Sequence record: SRR16203515_2613
Reading direction: 5' to 3' (one strand)
Length of the DNA: 54,506 nucleotides
This document shows positions 8,414-17,492 of this stretch, one piece after another; positions within the stretch are counted from its first letter, which is position 1, and each line of letters begins with the position of its first letter. Position numbers and translations under genes: made by a program. The notes below the pieces were generated by a model. That model did no database searches and was not told the DNA's origin. It saw nothing but the letters and a program-made list of their open reading frames with translations.

Positions 8414-9436
8414 CTAGACAAAAAAAGTGGTGACACGTTCAATGGTCCAGTAAGCGGCCACACCACCAATCATGTATCCCGCTAATAGATTTCCGGTTTG
8501 GCCCATTATCGCTTCCGGAAAGGCTCTTAACGAGTGCAGTTTGTGAATGAGATACGCGATGACCAACAGACAAGCCACAAAAATTAATTGCCCGGCCTCA
8601 ATCCCTAAATTGAAGGCAAGCAGTGCAAGCGGAATTTCATTTTGAGGAAGCCCGATTTCTTGTAATGCACTCGCAAAGCCGAGTCCGTGCAGGAGACCAA
8701 ATGCAAAAGCCACAAGCCATGGAGAGCGCTGCATCATGGTTTTTTGGGCGTTATTTTTTGTCACAATCTCGACAGCCAGGAAAACAATCGAAAGTGCAAT
8801 CACCGCTTCGACCGGAGGCGTAGGCACTGATAGCCAGCCTAACGCAGCTAACGCTAGAGTAATACTATGGGACACCGTAAACGCCGTAATTGCCCAAATT
8901 AAGTTCCGGCGATTAGGCACCAGCAAGAACAATGCAAAAACGAATAAAAGATGATCGATCCCGCCTAAAATATGATCGAATCCAAGTGCGATATAACTCG
9001 TCAGGATTGTCCAGGCCGTTTGCACCGGCGGTAAACGAGCAGACGGATAACTAGGGGTCAGTCGCAGGCTTACAGCCGCTTGCCCGGACCCTGGAATAAA
9101 GCGAACCAGAACATCGGTCGCCGTACGGTTTAAACCCTCGATAAAGACTTCGCCGTCCCAGATTTTTTTTGTGCAGTTTGCAATCCAGCCGCTGACATAG
9201 GCGCGACCATCAAACCGGGAGCTGGGCGCTCGACGCGGGGTGCAGCTCTCCGGCAGAACGGCGTCAATTTCCATTGCCTTCCCATTGACCTGCGGTTTAC
9301 GCCAGGCCACTTGCCACTGCTCATTTTCCGTTGGGATGATTTCAAGGTATCCGGGTTCCAGGGCGTGTCCATAGCAGGACGAGGCCAGTAAACACCCGAT
9401 GAAACCGGCAAAAACACTCGCGATAACTTTTTTCAC
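8414..9436 (-). CDS. HupE/UreJ family membrane protein
   Basis: Signal peptide followed by HALEPGYL; LGFDHILGGIDHLLF, TAFTVSHSITL, FGLLHGLGFA, FNLGIEAGQ. GTGA overlap with the upstream PPIase. Confidence 0.9.
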   Translation of the reverse strand: MKKVIASVFAGFIGCLLASSCYGHALEPGYLEIIPTENEQWQVAWRKPQVNGKAMEIDAVLPESCTPRRAPSSRFDGRAYVSGWIANCTKKIWDGEVFIEGLNRTATDVLVRFIPGSGQAAVSLRLTPSYPSARLPPVQTAWTILTSYIALGFDHILGGIDHLLFVFALFLLVPNRRNLIWAITAFTVSHSITLALAALGWLSVPTPPVEAVIALSIVFLAVEIVTKNNAQKTMMQRSPWLVAFAFGLLHGLGFASALQEIGLPQNEIPLALLAFNLGIEAGQLIFVACLLVIAYLIHKLHSLRAFPEAIMGQTGNLLAGYMIGGVAAYWTIERVTTFFV

Positions 9437-10266
9437 TGCGAAAGTATTAAGGCTAAGTCAGGTGTTTCGATGTGATATTGGCTGCGAAGCTGTGCGAGTC
9501 GATCAAGCCTGAGTTCATTTGCTTTATCGCGCCGCCATTCCTGTTCGATACGCCCACGCACAGTTTCAAAGGCCGGCACAGACCCCGAAACGAGGGAATC
9601 AAGGCGTACAAGATGGGCCCCGTATCCGGATCTAATAGGGCCACTCCATGTGCCGGGTTCTAGATTTACAATCTGCTCAAATACACCTGTCCCAAATGAA
9701 CTATCAACGACTTGCTTGGTTAGTGGTGACACCATTGCAGGCAACAATGTTCTTGCGCCGAGAAGGTTAAAGTCATCGCCGTTTGCCAGCTTTTCAAGAA
9801 TGTCTTGCATAGATTCGGTTGCGGGTTCCGGTAATAAAATTTGCGAGAATCCTGCTCGCGAAGCGCTTCGATAGCGCTCCAGGTTATCTTGGAAATAGGC
9901 CTCTAGCATGGCATCGTCCACGAAGGACGCCTCGGCTCCTGCTTCAGTTAAAAACTCCATTTTTTGACTTAAACGTTTCCGGACGATGCTGTCGCCTTGA
10001 TCCAATCCCAACGCCAAAGCTTCACGAACATAAATTTCCTGACGCACAAAAGCCTCAACAAGGGTCTCAAGTTCCTGCTGGGATGGGGGTCGGTTACGCA
10101 TGGACCTGAATTGGGAGGCAAGCCACTGCGCATCTTGTACGGATACGATAATGCTGGGACGATTAGGAGTCTGAGGCGTATCGTTTACAAAAGAGTACAG
10201 GGCAAATAACCCAGCCCCGATGATAAAAAAGTGCAGCAGCGGTTGCCGCAAGAAAGAGACAGCCAT
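9433..10266 (-). CDS. PpiC/rotamase-type peptidyl-prolyl isomerase-like protein
   Basis: LRQPLLHFFIIGA, REALALGLDQGDSIVRKRL.QKMEFL, WSGPIRSGYGAHLV. Start placed at ATG 10266 (the track extends to 10284). Confidence 0.85.
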   Translation of the reverse strand: MAVSFLRQPLLHFFIIGAGLFALYSFVNDTPQTPNRPSIIVSVQDAQWLASQFRSMRNRPPSQQELETLVEAFVRQEIYVREALALGLDQGDSIVRKRLSQKMEFLTEAGAEASFVDDAMLEAYFQDNLERYRSASRAGFSQILLPEPATESMQDILEKLANGDDFNLLGARTLLPAMVSPLTKQVVDSSFGTGVFEQIVNLEPGTWSGPIRSGYGAHLVRLDSLVSGSVPAFETVRGRIEQEWRRDKANELRLDRLAQLRSQYHIETPDLALILSQ

Positions 10267-10364
10267 GGTAGGGGATTTCCACAATCAGATCTAAAGCAAG
10301 ACGTCACTTTAGAGATAAATAGACCGAAGCTAAAGCACTTTTACATTAGCATCGATTCATAAAT

Positions 10365-10400
10365 GTTTGAGCGGGGCAACATCCGTCACCCCGCTCAAAC
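10365..10400 (-). terminator. Stem-loop terminator/stabiliser after the DUF3604 gene
   Basis: GTTTGAGCGGGG/CCCCGCTCAAAC 12-bp perfect arms, extendable with G-U pairs on the minus strand, 3 nt past the stop and followed by ATTTAT. Confidence 0.75.
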
Positions 10401-10403
10401 TAA

Positions 10404-12359
10404 TTAACTTGATGGTGAATACCAGATCGGTGATGTGTACGCACGTTCCTGATGGATTAGCTCGACGCCTTCAGGAATTTCAGCGCCTAAGCGAAGCTGG
10501 TCATAAAGCACCCAGCGCGGCGTTGGGATTTCAATCACGCGTACATAGTAAAACGCACTCAGGTTCGCATCAAAGTCAGGATCTGTCCAAACGGATACCA
10601 GTTCTGATGCGCCAATTGTGTTGGTCCAGTTGGCAGCTTCGATATCCACGGTATTACCCACGGGGCCTACTTTTCCATTTGAATCGGGTTCACGATCTCC
10701 AGACCAGGCAACGTCATAGACTTTTTCTTGCGTCTCGCCGTTGGCATCCAGCCAACCTTTCACAATTTGAATGCGGTCCAGGTTTGCACCAATGGGATCG
10801 CGCAAGGCATAAGCCATAAATGTGGGCGCCTGGCCAGCAGGAGCGCTTGACATGTCACCGCCCATGGGCACGCCTTTCTCATATCCAACAAATGCAAGCT
10901 GGCGGCTACGAAGGTCGTTCTCGTTAAAGTTCCAGCCACCAAAGAATCGTACGGTCATGCGCGACCCCGTGGTTGCGTATGTCTCTTTTCGCGCCATCGC
11001 ATCAAAAAGTGCTTCGCGTGTATTTTCCGTCGCCCAGATTCCCTGGTAACCGGAAGCCAAGAGTTGATCACCTTCGAAGGCTGCAATCTCTGTCTTAACG
11101 AAGGGATGCGAGACACGTGTTTTGGATGGCTCTACGCTAGTCGACTTATTAAAAAAGTTTTCTTCTTCTGCAGTCGTCATTGATGTGTGCGTATCGGTAC
11201 CGCCCACCATGCCGAACTTGTAGGGGTTGGTGCCGAATTTCTTTTCAAGCAGAAGTCCGTTTTTCAAGGCTTCTCGGGCATATTCCCGCTGCAACATGTC
11301 CGGTGTTTTAAGTTGGGTGAGATCGAGGTTGCCGACATCCCAAGTGCCATAGTCCGCGAACTCGTCGTCAGGTGATAGATACGGATGTGCTTCACCGTCG
11401 CCTTTCATCTGCGTTGCCTCGTAAAGCGGCTCCCACTTCGCTCTGAGCTCCACATAGTTTTTGTCGACAGTCCCGCCGGCATAAGTTCCTTCCATTGGGA
11501 ACATCCAGCCATTTGAGAGATTGCCGTTGTGGGAGATGGCGATCGCCTTACCCCCTGTGTTTTTTTCGTAATCTTCAAGCCATTGATATAAATCCAGCGG
11601 GTTTGTTGTTCCCTCTGGTGCCTGGGTGGTCAGGGGAGTCACTTGTTTTCCCCGAATGCCGCTGTCGCGCAAAATGACATTACGGTGCAGGTTCATTCCC
11701 TTCGGGACCGACGTCCATTCAAATCCGATGAACGCTGAAAATCGATGCGGCTCGTTGTAGTAATCCGCAAAATCAACCGTTTTTTCCCAAACGCTGGTGT
11801 AAATAGGGGAGCCTGGACTGTAGTCTTTCAGCATTTGCTTTGGAATGGTTCCTTGTGAAAAATTACCGATTAAATCGAATGCTGCTTCACCCGCCGCTTC
11901 TCCTCCTTTCGCAAATCCATCGGCCCATTGCTTACCCTTTGGATCCCCAACAATGTTTGGCGCTCCGTTCTGGATATCGGTCGCGATTCCCATCAGGTCA
12001 GAGTGGTCGGTCACCACCAGCCAATCCAGTGGCCTGCTCAGTTTTAGAGGCTGACCCGTCGATGAGATAACTTCCTCGCCGCGCGCGAGGCGCAGAGCGG
12101 TATCGGGACCAGTGGTATTTCCAAATAAACCGGCATCGAGAGAGTAGCCTGTGTGAACATGCGCCTCACCCCAGTAGACGTTGTTGGGGAACGATCTTTT
12201 CGCATAAGGCGAGTAGGCTTTGCCTGGATAGATATTCTTCAGAATCTCCATCGAGGGTACACCCGAATCCTGCGCGGATGCGAAGGTTCCGGATCCCATC
12301 ACAGTCAGACCCGCAACAGCGGATCGAATGATGACGTTATTGAAAATTGTTTTAAACAT
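10404..12359 (-). CDS. DUF3604 domain-containing exported protein (PHP-like metallo fold)
   Basis: Signal peptide; [65 protein letters not shown]. Confidence 0.9.
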   Translation of the reverse strand: MFKTIFNNVIIRSAVAGLTVMGSGTFASAQDSGVPSMEILKNIYPGKAYSPYAKRSFPNNVYWGEAHVHTGYSLDAGLFGNTTGPDTALRLARGEEVISSTGQPLKLSRPLDWLVVTDHSDLMGIATDIQNGAPNIVGDPKGKQWADGFAKGGEAAGEAAFDLIGNFSQGTIPKQMLKDYSPGSPIYTSVWEKTVDFADYYNEPHRFSAFIGFEWTSVPKGMNLHRNVILRDSGIRGKQVTPLTTQAPEGTTNPLDLYQWLEDYEKNTGGKAIAISHNGNLSNGWMFPMEGTYAGGTVDKNYVELRAKWEPLYEATQMKGDGEAHPYLSPDDEFADYGTWDVGNLDLTQLKTPDMLQREYAREALKNGLLLEKKFGTNPYKFGMVGGTDTHTSMTTAEEENFFNKSTSVEPSKTRVSHPFVKTEIAAFEGDQLLASGYQGIWATENTREALFDAMARKETYATTGSRMTVRFFGGWNFNENDLRSRQLAFVGYEKGVPMGGDMSSAPAGQAPTFMAYALRDPIGANLDRIQIVKGWLDANGETQEKVYDVAWSGDREPDSNGKVGPVGNTVDIEAANWTNTIGASELVSVWTDPDFDANLSAFYYVRVIEIPTPRWVLYDQLRLGAEIPEGVELIHQERAYTSPIWYSPSS

Positions 12360-12702
12360 GGGCTCCCCTTTTTGGTTAGGAACAAGTCGTCTGAATGCGC
12401 TAAAAATTCAGACGCGGTAAAAAATGTAATTAGCGAAAATTCTAACCTGACATATGTTCGGATACAAGAACCTAACAAATGGGTCGTGGCACGGCTTTGG
12501 GCTAGGGCGGTAGGAGGCGAGATCACCTAAAAAACCCTTAATCATAGGGTTTATGTAGCCAATGAAATGGTTTTGTGCGGGTCTTGCCGAGGCCCAAAAA
12601 AGCGTGAGATGTCTGTTAGCCGGGAATAGGAGCGGATAGACTAATACCGCGATTATTTTCAATTAAAAAAATCTTTTTAAAAACAAACTCACAGAGTCTC
12701 TT

Positions 12703-14187
12703 TTGAACGCGCCATTATTTGGATTTGATAACTCCTACGCACGCTTACCTGAGCATTTTTATGCTCGCCTTTCGCCGACGCCCGTTTCTGACCCGCGCAT
12801 TATTCGCGTCAATCAGGATCTCGCGGTTTCCCTAAACCTTGATCCTGATTTTTTAAGATCACCAGAAGGCGCTCAGGTGCTTGCGGGCAATAAATTACCG
12901 GCAGACTCAGAGCCCTTGGCGATGGCCTATGCGGGATTTCAGTTTGGGGGTTGGTCGCCTCAACTTGGTGACGGGCGCGCGATTTTGCTTGGCGAGGTGG
13001 TTGATGGGGGCGGGGTCCGTCGGGATGTACAGCTCAAGGGCAGCGGGCGTACGCCGTTTTCGAGAAACGGAGACGGCCGGGCGGCGCTGGGGCCAATATT
13101 AAGGGAATATATCGTGAGTGAGGCCATGCATGCACTGGGGGTGCCGACGACTCGTGCATTGGCTGCGGTGACGACGGGCGAAAACGTAAGAAGAGAAGTG
13201 TTGCAGCCAGGCGCCGTCTTAACCCGGGTCGCGAGAAGCCATATAAGAGTGGGCACATTTCAGTTTTTTGCGGGTCGCCAGGATCTTGAGGCTCTTCGAG
13301 CCCTGGCGGATCATGTGATTGATCGACATTACCCGCATGCCCGCGAATACGAGCGACCCTGTTTGGCGATGCTGGAGAGTGTGATTGATGCTCAGGCGGC
13401 TCTTGTCGCGCAATGGAAGTTAATTGGCTTTATTCATGGGGTAATGAATACAGATAACACCTCAGTGAGCGGGGAAACCATTGACTATGGGCCGTGCGCG
13501 TTCATGGATACGTATGATCCGAACACCGTTTACAGTTCAATTGACCAGCAGGGTCGATATGCTTATTCCAATCAGGCGCCGATAGCCCACTGGAATCTTG
13601 CCGGTTTAGCGCAGACTTTGATTCCGCTGATTGATGAAGACAGTGAAAAAGCGGTTGAGCTCGCCCAGGACCTGATTAACGCCTTCCCTCAAAAATTTGA
13701 AACTGCGTATAACGTTGGTGCGGCAAAAAAACTGGGGCTCGGGACACTTCAAAACGATGACGCAGTGCTCATGACGGAGTTACTGGGCACAATGGCGGAC
13801 CAAGATGCGGATTTCACATTGGTGTTTCGGGGACTGTCTTCGTTAGCTAACCAACCAAGCGATGAAGATGAAGCGGTTCGAGCTCTTTTTAAAGACGGAT
13901 CGGCGTTTGATCAGTGGGTTGGTCGTTGGCGTGAAAGGCTCGCGGCAGAATCAAGTGATGCGGTTAAGCGATGTGTCGATATGCAGTTGGTTAATCCTGC
14001 GTTTATTCCTCGAAATCACCGAATCGAGCAAGCGATTCGTGCAGCCGAAGACCACAATGATTTTTCGTTTTTTGAAAAACTGCACACTGTCTTAACGCAG
14101 CCATTTGTTGATCAGCCACAGGCTCAAGAATATCAAAAGCCACCGCGTCCTGAGGAAGTCGTTCAGGCCACTTTTTGTGGGACTTAG
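12703..14187 (+). CDS. selO: Protein adenylyltransferase SelO (YdiU family)
   Basis: YAGFQFG...QLGDGRA, QLKGSGRTPFSRNGDGRA, GFIHGVMNTDN, IDYGPCAF, NP.FIPRNH, C-terminal TFCGT. Confidence 0.95.
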   Translation: MNAPLFGFDNSYARLPEHFYARLSPTPVSDPRIIRVNQDLAVSLNLDPDFLRSPEGAQVLAGNKLPADSEPLAMAYAGFQFGGWSPQLGDGRAILLGEVVDGGGVRRDVQLKGSGRTPFSRNGDGRAALGPILREYIVSEAMHALGVPTTRALAAVTTGENVRREVLQPGAVLTRVARSHIRVGTFQFFAGRQDLEALRALADHVIDRHYPHAREYERPCLAMLESVIDAQAALVAQWKLIGFIHGVMNTDNTSVSGETIDYGPCAFMDTYDPNTVYSSIDQQGRYAYSNQAPIAHWNLAGLAQTLIPLIDEDSEKAVELAQDLINAFPQKFETAYNVGAAKKLGLGTLQNDDAVLMTELLGTMADQDADFTLVFRGLSSLANQPSDEDEAVRALFKDGSAFDQWVGRWRERLAAESSDAVKRCVDMQLVNPAFIPRNHRIEQAIRAAEDHNDFSFFEKLHTVLTQPFVDQPQAQEYQKPPRPEEVVQATFCGT

Positions 14188-14222
14188 CTTGAGATCACGT
14201 TTGATGAAGGCGAATTTTTGAG

Positions 14223-15260
14223 ATGAGCGAGTTGAAGAAAAATCTCGAAGCCCAGTACTACACTGACCCTCACATTTACGCATTAGAGCGCCAGCATATT
14301 TTTGATGCGAGTTGGCAGCCGGTGGCACCCGTCAGTTTTTTTAAGGAGAAGGGTGATTATCTTGCGCTGGATATTGCCGGCACAAAAATTTTTGTGATTC
14401 GTGATGACTCGGGGGAGCTTCGCGCCTTCCGGAATCTATGTCGTCACCGGGGCGCGGTTTTGGTAAGCGAAGGTCAAGGCCGGTGTCGGTCGATTCGCTG
14501 TCCGTATCATAACTGGGTATATGGCCTTGATGGCGTGCTGACGCGAGCGCCGTGGTTTGAAGAAAAAGAAAAATTAAATTTAGACGATTGGCCGCTTTAC
14601 GCATTAGCGATTGAGATCTGGCGGGGACTGGTATTTGTTTGCATAAAAAAATCCACCAATCTGACGACTCAATTCGGTGATCTGTTGGCCGAAGTCCGGG
14701 ATGATCAAATCGAGGAGTTTCAGTGGGTTGAAAGGCGCCACCTGGTGTTCGACGCCAACTGGAAGATCTATACCGATAACTTTGTAGAGGGCTATCACAT
14801 TCCCGGCATTCACCCTGATTTTTTTAAAGCGATTGATTTTGATCAGTTCGAGACAACCGCAAGTGATAACCTGGTACGCATGAGTGCGCCTACTCGAGGC
14901 GATCTTTTTTATAAAGGGCGGTGGTTATGGATGTGGCCCAATTGGACGATGTCATTTTTTGAGGGGGGTATGAACACTTCAAGAATCAATCCCATATCAG
15001 AGAACAAGACCGAACTGGTCTACGATTTTTATTTTGCTGATGTGTCAAATGCTAATCGCGCTGACCGTGAACAGATCATCAGTAACAACATTGCGGTGAT
15101 TGAGCAGGATTTTGATATTTGCATAACCACCCATCAAAATTATTTGTCGGGTGGTTATGAGCCGGGCCCGCTGAGCCCCCGCCATGAAAAAGGCGTACAC
15201 TTTTTTCAGACGTCAGTGAAAGACGCAATCGGTGAAGTGTCTTTTCAAATCCCGAAATGA
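14223..15260 (+). CDS. Rieske non-heme iron oxygenase alpha subunit (choline monooxygenase/CntA-like group)
   Basis: Rieske motif CRHRG...CPYH; mononuclear Fe motif DNFVEGYHIPGIHP and EQD. Confidence 0.85.
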   Translation: MSELKKNLEAQYYTDPHIYALERQHIFDASWQPVAPVSFFKEKGDYLALDIAGTKIFVIRDDSGELRAFRNLCRHRGAVLVSEGQGRCRSIRCPYHNWVYGLDGVLTRAPWFEEKEKLNLDDWPLYALAIEIWRGLVFVCIKKSTNLTTQFGDLLAEVRDDQIEEFQWVERRHLVFDANWKIYTDNFVEGYHIPGIHPDFFKAIDFDQFETTASDNLVRMSAPTRGDLFYKGRWLWMWPNWTMSFFEGGMNTSRINPISENKTELVYDFYFADVSNANRADREQIISNNIAVIEQDFDICITTHQNYLSGGYEPGPLSPRHEKGVHFFQTSVKDAIGEVSFQIPK

Positions 15261-15285
15261 TCTGTGCGGCGATAGCAAAAGATAC

Positions 15286-16206
15286 TTAAAAATCAGATTG
15301 TTTAGTCATGATAATGGCGGTAATTACTTCGTTATAAGGCGCGGAAAGGCCGAGATGTTTTGCGGTCTCTGGCACCATGCCATTAATAGCATCGACTTCT
15401 GTTTTTCGTTGAGCCATTAGATCCAGTAACATCGAGGGTCGCGCCTCAGGCATTTTGCTGCCAAAATCTTTGACGTACGACACCGGATCATCAAACGAGA
15501 AGTGAATGCCTTTGGCCTTGCCAATTTCATAAGCTTCAATTGCAAGATGCTTTGCGATGGCCCAGGTCACCGGATCGTTGATGACTTCACCGAGTGTTCG
15601 ATTAAAAGCAGCTGCGGACCCACTCAATGCAACGTTACAAATAAATTTTTCCCAGATCAACTGATTGATATCTTCAAAGGCTTTGACGTTGAAGCCGGCT
15701 TCCTGCCAAATTTTTGCAACATCCTCGAGTCGGGTTGTGATGCCACCATTCATTTCTCCGAGTCGAATGAGCTCCATACCATTATGGTGAACATGACCGG
15801 CTTTTGGAATCGAGGCGCCGAACCCGCCAGCCACACCGAGGAGAATGTTTTCACTTGTGATATTGGCCTGGATTCGCTCGCCTGCGCCAAGACCGTTTTG
15901 GATGGTGAGTATGAGGGTTGTATCGGTTAGGATCGGGCCCAGATTTCTCGCGACTGCCCCAACGCCCGAGGCTTTCGTCGCGATGACCACCAGGTCGCAT
16001 GGGCCCGCGTCTGAGATGTTTGTGGATGCATTTAGACCGGCCACTATCCGATCTCCGCTAAATCCCGAAATTTTCAGGCCAGATGTTTGGATCGCAGCCA
16101 CATGCTCTTGCCAAAGGTCGATGGCCCAGACATCGTTTCCGCTTTTAGCGAGCAGCGCGGCATATACGGATCCCATTGCGCCCGCACCAATAATTGCGAT
16201 TTTCAT
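15286..16206 (-). CDS. panE: Ketopantoate reductase family protein
   Basis: MKIAIIGAGAMG, IATK, QNGLG, WEKFICN, SMLLD...TEVDAING. Confidence 0.8.
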   Translation of the reverse strand: MKIAIIGAGAMGSVYAALLAKSGNDVWAIDLWQEHVAAIQTSGLKISGFSGDRIVAGLNASTNISDAGPCDLVVIATKASGVGAVARNLGPILTDTTLILTIQNGLGAGERIQANITSENILLGVAGGFGASIPKAGHVHHNGMELIRLGEMNGGITTRLEDVAKIWQEAGFNVKAFEDINQLIWEKFICNVALSGSAAAFNRTLGEVINDPVTWAIAKHLAIEAYEIGKAKGIHFSFDDPVSYVKDFGSKMPEARPSMLLDLMAQRKTEVDAINGMVPETAKHLGLSAPYNEVITAIIMTKQSDF

Positions 16207-16245
16207 GATTTAAGTAATTGATTTATCGAGAATTCGAAAAAAATT

Positions 16246-16740
16246 CTAGGCCTGAGTTAACAGTTGAGTCTCGCTTAAGACAATGCCATCTGAATCAGCG
16301 TAAAGGAAATCTCCAGGTCGAAACAAGACGCCTCCAAAACGAACGGCAATGTCTAGTTGCCCGCCACCTTCTTTTGAAGGGCGGGTGGGGTTGGTGCCCA
16401 GCGCTTTAACGCCAACAGGCAGTTTTCCAATTTCGGCGCTGTCGCGGATACAGCCATTAATCACAACGCCTGCCCAATGATTATCTATAGCAAGCTGTGC
16501 CAGCTTATCCCCCAGCATCGCGCAGCGCATTGATCCACCGCCATCGATGACCAGTACGTGGCCTTTGCCATCCGTTTCAAGAGTCGAGCGGGTCATTTGA
16601 AAGTTTTCAAATGCTTTGAGAATTTTTATAGGTCCGGTAAATGAGTCTAATCCGCCAAAGTCCCGAAAGATTGGGGCGCAAACTTGGAGCGAGTCACCGT
16701 GTTCGTCGTAAAGGTCAGCAGTCGATATTTTTGTAGTCAT
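16246..16740 (-). CDS. rraA: RraA family protein (RNase E regulator / HMG aldolase-like)
   Basis: STADLYD, GHVLVIDGGGSMRCAMLGD, NGCIRD, PGDFLYADSDG. Start at ATG 16740 (ATGA overlap with the upstream gene). Confidence 0.9.
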   Translation of the reverse strand: MTTKISTADLYDEHGDSLQVCAPIFRDFGGLDSFTGPIKILKAFENFQMTRSTLETDGKGHVLVIDGGGSMRCAMLGDKLAQLAIDNHWAGVVINGCIRDSAEIGKLPVGVKALGTNPTRPSKEGGGQLDIAVRFGGVLFRPGDFLYADSDGIVLSETQLLTQA

Positions 16741-17189
16741 GATGAGTTGCACCAGTTGTGTTTTTGACCCGCCTCAATGGCAAGCGATTTGTAAAGGAGC
16801 TCTTGGCCAAGACTGACATTGTTCAAATAGACGACCGCTTTAAGATCGCCGTTTGGCTGCCGGATTTGCTCGTCGACGGCGATTTCGGTTGTGGCCTCGA
16901 TTTGTTGATCAATAAACTGCTTGGCCGCAATTGCTTTCTGACCTTCAGCCTCACACCAGTTGGCCTGGCCGGTGTGATCAGGTTCAAGGCGCGGCACGAT
17001 GATGTTTGCAATATGAACGACTTCTTTTTCGCCTGCAATTTCCAGAACCAGCGTATCACCGTCGACCACGCTGACTAACCCGGCCTCCGTGTAGTTGCAG
17101 GGGCATCCCGTAGCCGTTGCATCAGAAATAGAAACTAGCGCCTGAAAGGCGATAGCCATAAAGAAAAATTTAAGCGGAAGTCTCAACAT
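16737..17189 (-). CDS. Secreted thermonuclease (SNase)-like protein, probably catalytically degenerate
   Basis: Signal peptide, VVDGDT motif and C-terminal WC. The RLxGIDxPE and DxYGR motifs are replaced by HIANIIVPR and QPNGD. Confidence 0.7.
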   Translation of the reverse strand: MLRLPLKFFFMAIAFQALVSISDATATGCPCNYTEAGLVSVVDGDTLVLEIAGEKEVVHIANIIVPRLEPDHTGQANWCEAEGQKAIAAKQFIDQQIEATTEIAVDEQIRQPNGDLKAVVYLNNVSLGQELLYKSLAIEAGQKHNWCNSS

Positions 17190-17348
17190 GACTTTATAAG
17201 TAATTTCTTATGTAATATTTGGCCACACTATTTCAGTGATCTTGAAAATGAAGATAAACGGGACTTTATATTGTTATTTTATCCGTATCTTTCCCTGAAA
17301 ACCCTGTAGATATAGGTGCTCGTTGTCATGGCGATAAAGAATAAGCGG

Positions 17349-17376
17349 TTGACGGAATTTGCTTGCTATGTTTAAT
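17349..17376 (+). promoter_or_regulatory. Putative sigma70 promoter of the ABC operon
   Basis: TTGACG-16 nt-TTTAAT about 115 nt upstream of the SBP start; GGAGG RBS before ATG 17493. Confidence 0.4.
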
Positions 17377-17492
17377 TGTTTGTAGCCATTTGGCAAGCGC
17401 ATCAGGCGTCTTACGTCTCAGGCGTCAATTAGATCGTAAAAAATAACTTTTAGAAACGTTAGCGCTTTCGAACCTTGGAGGAATAAAGTTCT

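Noticed and set aside
12388-12552. Small inverted repeats upstream of DUF3604 (CGTCTGAAT/ATTCAGACG; AAACCCT/AGGGTTT) as a riboswitch or ncRNA
   Set aside because: No cobalamin, NiCo or other riboswitch consensus could be matched; the short stems may be chance or simple operators.
14170-14200. Selenocysteine read-through at the end of selO
   Set aside because: The gene ends TFCGT followed by TAG, not an in-frame TGA.
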